In this document: positions 9,675 to 19,943 of the stretch, in pieces | Layout: each line of letters starts with the position of its first letter | Position numbering within the stretch: position 1 is the first letter of the stretch | DNA from: Zygophlyctis sp. KS116 | Taxonomy: Eukaryota; Fungi; Chytridiomycota | DNA length: 32,000 bases | NCBI GenBank assembly: GCA_054661495.1 | Contig: BAAFSQ010000005.1 | Coordinates: 60,001-92,000 of the forward strand | Direction: 5' to 3' | Translations under genes and position numbers: made by a program | The notes under the pieces: generated by a model | Databases searched by the model: none | Told to the model about the DNA's origin: nothing | The model's input: the letters and a program-made list of their open reading frames with translations, nothing else

Positions 9675-12600
9675 ATGAAACAAAAGTCCTCACCATTGAG
9701 TTGGCGATGGTTTCACATTCTTCCAGTAATTGTATCGTTTGCATGCATGGCAGGATGGGGTTGGTTGGCGAAACAGAGTGAAGTTTTGAACATGAAGGGA
9801 TCACAACCAAGTTTAGTTGATAGTAACCTACTAATTATTTCTAATGCATTACAGAGCATCTCAAGATTATTGAGCACAAACTACTTCGCCCGGCGCCAAA
9901 AATCTTTCTACTATGGACAACTTTGCCTGGTACATTCAAAGAAAGAAATTATGATGTTTTGGAAGCCTATTACTATCATCATCCTGATGCTGAAATCACA
10001 ATATATGCAAGTCATCTTGAACTATTCATGTTTAAGCGATTTACCATGTCCGGATATCGTCTATCAGTTGTCAATATCACTGACGATTTTATCCACAATA
10101 TATCGCATCACTGCCCGGGCAAGAAATGGATTGAAAAATTAGATTCATGGAAAAACGGACCTTACTATTACTCTCATATTACGGACTATGTCAGGTTTTG
10201 CCTCTTGTACAAAAATGGAGGGATTTACTCGGATTTTGATGCAATACTTATAAATCCAATTAATGAACATGATTCATTTATTGGTAAAGACTCCTCAGGC
10301 GCTCACGGGAATTGTAAATGGTGCTTTCCTGGAGGGGATACATATCTGGTATTTTGAACTTTGAATAATCGCTAGGCCCCAGGACTTATGGCGACTTCTA
10401 AAGGTCACTCTCTCCCAAAGTACGCTATTGAAATAGGATTTTCAGAATCTTACGATCCATTAATATTCAATCAAGTTGGACCAATGGCTGTAACAAAAGC
10501 CTTTCTCCAGAATTTTCCCGCTCAAAAAGGCATTCATGTTTATGAAAAGGACGCTTTCTACCCGTATAACTATCTTAAAAGCTCATATTTAATTAAACAT
10601 GTTACAGATCCTCTTGCAAAGTTGGAAAAATTACGAGATCATTCTCTTTCCCTTCATTTGTATGGCCATAAGACACGTAATTTACCTATTGATCAGTCCA
10701 GTATCATTGCCAAAGCTAGTCAGATTTTCAGAGTCACTTCTATCTCTCCATCCATGGTGAAGAGCAGGGTGGGATATCGTATTACAACTCCAGAATTTAT
10801 TGGTGTATCTAATGGTGTGTATATGTTTGGCGATGTTCGAATACTTTCTGTTTATGATAATGATTGGAAATATGACGGCTCTCATTTAGAGGTGGAAGTA
10901 AAGGCAAAATATGGATCCTTATTTATAGCTGGTGCAAGCAGGAGCAAAGTATCAACCTTTAATTCTGATGGGCCTGCAAAACTCAACCGCCAGTTATCAA
11001 AATTAATATACCTCGCTGAATCTGGTATAGGGAGAGATCTTATTACAGTTAAACTGCAAGTATATTCTCTTGAAAGTATCAATGGTCCTCCGCAAATAAT
11101 GATTTCAGAAATTCCAGTCTATAATGTTGGGGTGTTAAGCTCAGTAATTGTTAAAACTTTTGGCCGGATGGATAAAGTTTTTGAACTTGTTAAATCTTGT
11201 AAAAAAATGTATCCAGAACTTAATATCATTGTTTCTGATGATGCAGAAAACATAACAAAGTCCGAAGGATCTCGAAAATTGTTTTACTATTTACCATTAC
11301 CTTCAGACATTGGACTCTCGGCTGGAAGAAACAGAATGATTGAAAAAGTACAGACTGAATATTTCTTAACACTTGATGATGATTTTATGTGTGATTCGAA
11401 TTCAAAAATTGAAAGATTAATACATCCTTTAGAAATTCCAGATAATAATGGATTGCAATTTGATATTGCTGCCGCTAAAAATCCAGTGGATGAAGATAAA
11501 TTTTTATTAGATTTTTGTGGGATTCTTTCAATTCGGGATCGGACATTATATCTAGAGGAAGGAACTTACGGAAAACATCTTGAATGCCATCAAGTTGATT
11601 TTGTTCCCAATATTTTTGTTGGTAGAACCGCACTCTTTAAAGGTAAACTGAAATGGGATGAAAGTCTCAAGCTTGGAGAACATGAAGATTTCTTTTTAAG
11701 AGCAAAAGCAATGAATGTTCGAGTTTTAACATGCCCTTCAGTGAGCTTTCAGCATGATCAAGTCGAACATTGGAAGGGTAAAACTAAGTATGACAAAATG
11801 CGAAACCGAGTGTATGATTTTTGGAAAGACAGTCTTCGAAAGCATGGTCTTGTTAGACTAGTCTCTTTTGGAACGACTATGATGGATCTAGTTGGTAAGC
11901 TTTTATTTATATTAATAAAAGTTCCTGCCCCTCTAACCTCTATTGTTTCAAACCCAGTGTTTTCTAGAACTCTGCGTCTGTCGTGGATATCTGATGCAAA
12001 ATCATTCAACATTATGGTTTCTCGTGATAATGGACATTCTTTCAGATATGTGAATGGAGGACAGGGAGAGGGATATGAAGGTGGTAACTTTATAGACGTT
12101 TTCATGCTTCGCCCTGGCCTTGATTACATTTTCAAAATCTATGCAGGCAATCGATTTGAATATGAGACCTTAGGATCAATCCTTAGAGTGAGCACCATTA
12201 CTCTATCTGAAGAAAATAGTAATTTTAACCATATTGATCTATTAGACTTAAATATAATCCAAGACCCCTCATTTGAACTTGGGACGCATAATTTCAAGGA
12301 ATCTATTGGAACTTTCTTCCATGTTATTGATAATCGCTCAACTATTGAAGGGGAATATGTGGGAAGAATTGTTATCCGGACACGTTCGTATCTTGCAGAT
12401 GGTGTAACAAGGAATCGAATTTCCCAAGTTATTACCGACAGGAATAAACTAGATGACATTATTACTTCAAAAAAGAACTCTCATGAAAAATACTTATCAT
12501 TATCAGTTTATTCACAACTTGAATCATGTTATTTTACCCAGAATGATTTTGAATGGGGAGTTTATTTATTGATTGAATTTCAAGATGGATCTATCATGAA

Positions 12601-12757
12601 ATTGATGCATTCATTTGATACAAGTAGCAAAGAATGGCAGGGCTCATTGATGACTGCATGTCTATCTAAATGGACAAGACTCAAGTCTGTTAAAATTGTG
12701 GCACATATGGCTGCGAAAAGTTGCGTGAGTCTTTGGGATGGTTTTGTCTTGGTATAG
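9675..12757 (+). CDS. Type II membrane multidomain glycosyltransferase: GT32 (DXD, A4GALT/Gb3-synthase-like) + GT12-like (B4GALNT1/2-like) + FN3-like + CBM-like domain
   Basis: N-terminal TM (WFHILPVIVSFACMAGWGWL). GT32 motifs HITDYVRFCLLYKNGGIYSDFD, NQVGPMAVT, SLHLYGHK. GT12-like LNRQLSKLIY, IVKTFGR, IIVSDD, GLSAGRN, YFLTLDDDF, EHEDFFL. FN3-like LRLSW...LRPGLDYIFKIYAGN. NIIQDPSFE jelly-roll start. Introns 9823-9854, 10349-10375, 11895-11921, 12219-12245. Confidence 0.82.
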
Positions 12758-14299
12758 TAAACAATGCAATAAATTATATCATTCCCTTGTAAGACGTTCC
12801 GATCTCAGAGCCTTGATCCCTGAAGATTTAATGTTTTTCCGTTCAGTGATTGGACAAGATCATGTTTTAAGTCAAGATCTAGAAGGATTCAACACTGACT
12901 GGACTGGAAAATACACTGGAAAATCATCCTGTGTTTTAAGGCCAAGAAACAAGTTTCAAATCTCTCAGATTCTCAAGTATTGCTCAGATCAGAGATTAGC
13001 AGTAGTGACGCAATCAGGAAACAGTGGGCTTGTGGGGGGATCTGTTCCCCTTTTTGATGAAATTATTCTATCAATGACTAGAATGAATTCTATTTTAGGA
13101 GTAGATCAAGTAGCTGGGATTGTTGATGCTGAAGCTGGATGTATTTTGGAAAATATTGATTCTCATCTTAAACAAGTTGGGTTTATGATGCCTATAGGTA
13201 TGATGCATTTAATAAGTTTTTAGATTTAGGATCAAAGGGATCTTGCTTAATTGGAGGGAATATTGCCACTAATGCTGGAGGATTGAGATTAATAAGGTAA
13301 AATATGAATTCGCCTACGTGTTAGATATGGTGGATTGCACGGGACTGTCTTGTCATTAGAAGTGGTTTTGCCTTCAGGAGAGATTTTGGAGCTAGGTATG
13401 TTTTGGGATTTAGTTTATATTCAGGAAAACCTCTTCGGAAAGATAATACAGGCTACGATCTGAAACATTTGTTTATAGGTTCTGAAGGGACTTTGGGAGT
13501 AATTACAAGAGCTTCGATTTTGATTCCTAAAAAGCCAAAATCTGTTCAAGTTGCATTATTGGCCGTTTCTGATTTTGAAAATACTTTATCAGCTCTCAGG
13601 CTGGCAAAGAGTGAGTTGGGGGAAATTCTTTCTGCTTTTGAATTTTTTGATTCTACTTCTCTTAATTTAGTAATGAAACATATTCCAAATGTTCGAAATA
13701 TTTTGGAGGAAAAATCTCCTTTTTATGTTTTAATAGAAACTGCTGGATCAGATGCTGATCATGACTCTGAAAAACTATCAAGGTTTTTGGAAAAACTAAT
13801 GGAAAATAATATAGTCTATGATGGATCTTTAGCACAAGATGAATCTCAGGCATCTCTTATGTGGTCTCTACGTGAAAGCATATCTCAGGCATGTAGTACT
13901 CAAGGAGGAAATCATAAGTATGATATTTCAGTCCCAATTAAAAATTTCTATCAGATAGTTGATGATGTCAAAACCAATTTACAGAGCTTGGACTTGTATC
14001 ATCCAGTAGAAGAAAAATTAATTACTCATATTGCAGCATTTGGTCATTTAGGAGACGGAAATGTTCATTTAAACATTATGGCAAAAGAGAGAACACCAGA
14101 ATTGGAAGCTCAATTGAATAATATCATTTTTAATGAAATTGTAGAAGTGAATGGATCAATTTCTGCAGAGCATGGGATTGGATTACAAAAGTCTGGGCGT
14201 CTACATTTAGCAAAGTCTCCTCAAGTGATTAAACTGATGAAGAGTGTGAAGGATATGATAGATCCGCATGCTATAATGAATCCATACAAGATGTTTTGA
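12738..14299 (+). CDS. DLD2: D-2-hydroxyglutarate dehydrogenase / D-lactate dehydrogenase (FAD-linked oxidase)
   Basis: [89 protein letters not shown]. Introns 13198-13223, 13297-13324, 13396-13424. Start codon uncertain. Confidence 0.92.
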
Positions 14300-14339
14300 T
14301 ATTGAATCTATTATAATATATCTACTAAATACATAAATA

Positions 14340-14363
14340 ACGCGCATATTCGCAAATTCGCGT
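14340..14363. promoter_or_regulatory. CGCG-core elements (MCB/SCB/E2F-like) upstream of the WDR44-like gene
   Basis: ACGCGC...TTCGC...TTCGCGT clustered in a 67-nt intergenic gap of an otherwise CpG-poor genome. Confidence 0.3.
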
Positions 14364-14366
14364 GTC

Positions 14367-15999
14367 ATGTTTGAGTCTCCGCTATTAAGCAAACAATCAA
14401 CTCTGGGAGTCTTTGAGCTAGATTTGTCATCATGGCGATTAGAACAGGAGCTAAAGCACAGCTCAGATTTATCCAGCGTCAAACCAAATCCAATATGGGT
14501 CATCAACAATTCAAGAGATGGGAGATTTATTGCCTCGGGCGGACATGATGGATCAGTCAAGAGTAATATTGTTTAGTTAACTCAAGTTTGGACTCTAACA
14601 TCCGATCCTCTAAATCCAAAAACAAAAAACTTTATTCGGCAACGATCAGCAACCACAGAAGATTTAAAACTCCCAAGAGGGAAAAGTACTAAATATGAAT
14701 ATGGACAATGTATATTTGATCCTTTTCCTCTTCATCAGTATTATGGTCATTTGGGTGCGATCACTGATCTCTCTTGGTCTTTTTCCCACTATTTTTTGCT
14801 TTCGGCTTCATTGGATCAGACAGTCCGTCTATGGAATATTAGTAATACTCAATGCTTGTGTGTAATACTTTTTGCAATAACTCCAGGTTTTTTATCACGC
14901 AGATATCGTGTCATCAGTCAAATTTCATCCGACAGAGCATCATTTATTTCTATCTGGCGCATTTGATGGAAGGATCAGATTATGGAGTATTTTAGAGAAA
15001 AAAGTGATGCATTGGAATCAAGTGCCTAATAATTCTATAACTGCAGTAGAAATCACTCCAGATGGTAACACAGCCATGGCTGGGACTGTAAAAGGGGATA
15101 TTTTGTTTTATGAATTACCGGCTCTTAAATATGACACTGAAATCACTATTACGCCTCCTTTCCGTGCTTTGAGACTGGGACATTCTAGGACTCAATACAA
15201 AATTAATGGAATTCAATCTTATTTCGATCAATCTTCTAGAGAAATTATGATGATGATTAATTCTACAGACTCTAAAATTCGCATATATCAGATTCGGGAT
15301 AAGTCGCTTTATAAATCATTCAAAGGGCATATATGCCAAACATCATTATTTAGACCAAATATATCGGAAAATGGAAGGATTTTACTTTCTCCCTCTGAAG
15401 ATAAATCGATTTGTTTCTGGAAAGATTCAGAAGAAAATTTGGACTTTTCATTAAGCTCGTCACAAATATCAAAGCAAGCAACTACGATGGATCGATTAAC
15501 TGTTGATGAACAAGTTTTGTGCGCTCAATTCGCTTCATCAAAAATTTACTATTGGAAAAATAGCTTCAATAACACATTTACCACAGAAAAAGCAGTTCAG
15601 GGAGACATGAATGAACCTTTGGTATTAATAGTGTCAGATGTTGCTGGTAGAATATGCATTTATAAGAATGAAGCATCTTCTGCGGCCCTCACTGTTCGAT
15701 CATTCAAAGATGTGGCTATTTCTCCTCAACTCATGATGCAAATAAGAAAGACTTCATCACCAAATATGATGCAAAAGCCTCATGGTGAAAAGTCAAACAG
15801 CTCCCGTACACGTGAGGTGAGGATACCGGAAATTAACGTAGTACCTTCCGAATCACCGGCAATCATCAGTGTAGAGCCTCGAAAGCAAACTCCATCGTCA
15901 CTTTTGAACTTTCACTCTCAAAAGAACCGATTCTATTCACCTAGCTCTTCTCAACAGGAAATCATAGCTGATCATAAAGAAAATCTCGACGCACAATAA
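14367..15999 (+). CDS. WD40-repeat protein, WDR44/rabphilin-11-like
   Basis: SRDGRFIASGGHDGSVKIW, YYGHLGAITDLSWS..FLLSASLDQTVRLW, CLCVFYHADIVSSVKFHP..FLSGAFDGRIRLWSI, INSTDSKIRIY, FKGH. Introns 14563-14586 (24 nt) and 14862-14886 (25 nt). Confidence 0.82.
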
Positions 16000-16010
16000 T
16001 TTTTCTTAAA

Positions 16011-18264
16011 ATGCCATCTAATATATCTAGATATATCAAATCTTTGATTATTATTATCGGGATTTTAACTCTATTCAATTTAACTCTTTTACAATCGATG
16101 TACCATATATCACGCGAAATTATTCCACCTATGGCCAAAATAATTCCTGAATATTTCACGGTCCAAAATATAACATTTACCGATAACTACACATGGTTGA
16201 AGAACTATTCCAATTTAGAAGTTAGGGAATATCTGCGGGCTGAAAAAGAATATAGCGGGCTAGTGCTTTCACAATACAAAAATCTACAGATCCAAATTAA
16301 AAAAGAATTAGATCAAATTCAGGATCTGGATAAGATTGACATATGGGAATATGGATCATGGCTTTATTATACTATTCAGCCGCCCAATATGTACCCCCGT
16401 TATTATAGACAACTTCGGACTAGCTGTGGTTTTGCCCGGCATTCAACAGATGAGCTAGTAATTGACTATAATTCTTTGATAGCTCCAAATGAAGCATATT
16501 TTATGGCTGGAATTTTTGAAATCTCTTCTGATGGAAATTTATTGGCATTAGGTTATGATCTAAAAGGCAATGAGGAGTTTCTGATAAGAATTTGGGATTT
16601 GGAAAAGAAAAAAGAAATACAAATCCCCCAAATATATACATACTATTCAGTTCGATGGTTTAAAATTGATAATCGAGTTTGGTTATATTATAACGTTGTT
16701 GATAGTGGAATCCCTAGGATCATTCGAAGAATTTGTGTTGAAAACTGCTTGAATGCCCAGAAAATAGAACCGGTATATGTAGAGTCTGATTTATCGATGA
16801 CGACTGAATTAAAGCTATCGGCAGATCTAAATTATCTGTTTATTAAGGTAATTTTTAATTTTTGAAATTTAGTGTAGTGGCCAGATATCATCGGAATATT
16901 TGCTAGTACTAAAAAATAGCGCTCTGGTTCTTTTGATTCGAGATTCCAATGTAAATTATGATGTAGAACATCATAATGATTCCTTTATTTTAAGAGTCAA
17001 TAGTGCTCCGTACATCAATTACCACATCATTCAGATTCCCGTTAAAACGTTACTAAAAACTTTGGGCACTATTTCGATTCGGGATGTAGACTATTTAAAT
17101 CCCATCACTCTATATGAAAATCCCTCAGAATTCATTGAATTGCACGAAGTGTTTGAGAAATGCCTTGTTTTATGGATTAGAAAGGAGGGCCTCCGTGAAA
17201 TTATAGTTATAGATATAACAGTCAAATCTTCACCTCACAGAATTTCTTTTAGGATTGCTAATGATATATCCAGTGAATCGTATGCGGTTTTTCCTGGAAC
17301 GATTGATGATATGGAATCTCGGCTTTATAGATCTTTCAACTCTAACTGCCTAATTTTTACTAATTCTTCTTATTCTAAACAGCCTGCAACGTATTGGTAT
17401 AGTTTTGAATCTAGAAAAATATTTGCGCAAAACGAGCAAAAGGTCCTCGATAAGTATTTGGAAAAAAGGCTATGGATAAATTCATCATCATCAAATCTTA
17501 AAATTCCAGTATCTATTATTCTATTGAAAAATTTATCCGGACAGTCCCTTCCGACTGTTGTGAATGCTTATGGTAGCTACGGCACCTTTAAAGATCCAAT
17601 ATTTAATTCGGATTTATTTCCGCTGCTCAATAGGGGTATGGTATTTGCTTTATGCCATCCACGGTAATTGTTTTAAGCTGATTGCAGAGGTGATGGTGAT
17701 CTTGGAGCTGAATGGTATTTAGACGGTAAATATGAAAGGAAGATCAATACCTTCAGAGATACGCAAGATTGTATTGATGGGCTTATCGAACTTAAGATAG
17801 CGTCTATGGGGAAAGTATCACTGTTTGCGCGTAGTGCAGGTGGACTTATTGCCGGTAATGCTATAAATCACCCTAAAAACGTATCGGCTGTGGTAGCACA
17901 GGTACCTTTTATTGATCCTATTGGTGATTTAATCGACGAAAAAGTTCCATGGACCGTTTACGAATATTTTGAATGGGGCAATCCAACAAAAAGTAAATCG
18001 GTTCTTTCTGCGATGATTGATTATTCTCCATACCATAATATTAAACCCAGAGAATATCCGGCTATTATGATCACTGCAGGAATTCAAGATTCGAGAGTCC
18101 CATTTTGGGAGCCAGCCAAGTTCGTGGCAAAACTCAGGGCTTCAAACTCTTCAACAAAAAATTTAATTTTAAAGGTGAATGACGAAGGACACTTTTCAAG
18201 TTCAAAGAATGAGCTAATTGAAATTTACTCTTTTTTATTGTTCCACACTGGTCATGATCATTAA
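16011..18264 (+). CDS. Oligopeptidase B / protease II (S9A prolyl oligopeptidase family) with N-terminal hydrophobic anchor
   Basis: PPMAK...DNYTWL, beta-propeller, AYGSYG, HPRGDGDLGAEWYLDGK, nucleophile ARSAGG, EYFEWGNP, DSRVPFWEPAKFVAKLR, EGH. Introns 16848-16872 and 17664-17687. Confidence 0.9.
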
Positions 18265-19805
18265 CTATGCCCCAGACGATTTAGCTTTGTCTAAAAGCCC
18301 CTGATAATATTTTTGTGCATTTCTGATCGGTTGAATGATGGCTTCTTCCATATTTGGTAAAACCTTTGATAGTGTTTCATACAATGGGATCATGACAAAC
18401 CCTATAAAACCAACTTTAAGTCATAACTAATGTAATTTACCCTGGGCACTAGGTTTAGTCACCTTTTGTCTATCCATAAAAGGAGCAGTAGGAAGTCCTT
18501 CGGACTTTTCCTTATCCGATTGAGTAAAAAATTCCTCTAAAAGATTATCCACCCACGAATCTGCCACTGAATTCGGTCTTACTTCATTGCTAATATCTGA
18601 GCATTTTATAATCATCTGTAAGAGTATGGTCTTGTGATTTAGATCTTCATAACTAAAAGTATCAATGTATGATTTGAATTTAGCGATTATTTCCCCATGT
18701 TTAGCCATATCAGTTGATAAAATACATGTGATAATGAGTTTTCTAGCTTCCTTGAAATCTGAGACACTAAGTCCCGAGAGTATATTAGTTTCTTGTTTTT
18801 TCAGAATCATAAATAGCATTGCCGCATGATGATTTTCTAAAGGAGAAGAATCATTATATATGATAGCCAAGTCTGTCACTGCATTAACTTGATACGCATT
18901 ATTTGTACCCGGATGATCTAAATCATGCTATCTTTTATAAAAACTTTACTTACTCCAATGCATGATATAGTTAAAACCAAAAGATCTAAAGGTGTTAATT
19001 TGAATCTCGCCCCAGTCACATTGATAATTGAATACATCTAAGAGTATTAATTTTTTTAGACTATACCATTTGAGTTACACAAAAACAATGCCTAAAATTA
19101 TGAAACGGATTTGGATTATAAGAGCGTTTTACAGCTGCTAAAAATCTGATCAATGTTGGTCTATCAATTTGAAAAGTATCTAAAAGCCCAAGGTCCTTAA
19201 ACATTTCCAAAATTATATAAATCAGTTCATTATCCTTGTACTTCCAGACATCAAAAGTTGGTTTTTGAATTTCTTCCAAAATCTCTGGTTTGACATAATA
19301 TGAAGGAATATGTTCTTCCTTTTCAATCTTTGGAGTATGTTCCAGTACAACTTTTTTATCTTTTCCAAGATATGCATTATTAAATGCGTCCAATTGCTTC
19401 CTTTAAATTTTAAATAAATTACTTCTATTTTTGCCTTTACAGACATTAAATTCTTTTTAATCTCATGAATTTCCTCTATGGCGTTTTTCCCCAATTTTAA
19501 CGACTCTACAGACGATGAGAGATTCATTGACTCTCCTTGCTTTACTGTTCATTAATAAAATGCATTGATAAAATACCCTTTTTTAGTCTTAGAGAGTATG
19601 GTTCTTCGGACGGCGGTATGTGCGGCCCAATCGGAATAAAGATTCCATCCGATTTGTATAACTTTATGACATAATACTCTCGATCGACTTCAGCGACATC
19701 AAGCAAAGCCCAAAATGCACTCATTACTTCTGAAGTAGAAGAATTTGGAGAGATCTCAAGCCTTTTGAGGTCCTTGCCATCAATCAGGAGACTCACAATT
19801 GTCAT
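18265..19805 (-). CDS. Class I cyclic-nucleotide phosphodiesterase, PDE9-like
   Basis: NPFHNFRHCFCVTQMMY, GHDLDHPGTNNAYQVNA, YNDSSPLENHH, STDMAKH, IKCSDISNEVRP, EEFFTQSDKEK, APFMDRQKVTKPSAQVGFI. Introns 19545-19576, 19397-19422, 19038-19066, 18928-18953, 18414-18440. Stop TAG at 18265-18267. Confidence 0.92.
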
Positions 19806-19865
19806 AATTCTTTTTGTTTACGGAAAATTAATTTAGCCTTGAATAGATAAAGAATTCGGACACTG

Positions 19866-19873
19866 TGACGTCA
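19866..19873. promoter_or_regulatory. Palindromic CRE/ATF site TGACGTCA in the divergent PDE/TONSL-like promoter
   Basis: Exact TGACGTCA about 60 nt upstream of the PDE ATG. Confidence 0.4.
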
Positions 19874-19943
19874 GATCTAGCATGGCTCTTTCAGTCTTTT
19901 GGACCAGAGGTTTATGTGTATAGTGTAGGAGTACTTGCAACGG

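Noticed and set aside
9855-10142. 3' part of ORF 9600..10142 as a separate protein
   Set aside because: Only 9675-9822 is exon 1 of the GT gene; the rest is an off-frame read-through of intron 9823-9854.
14207-14560. Antisense 117-aa ORF across the DLD2/WDR44 junction (and similar antisense ORFs at 8063, 10682, 11758, 12139, 26902)
   Set aside because: No domain signal; explained by the opposite-strand genes.
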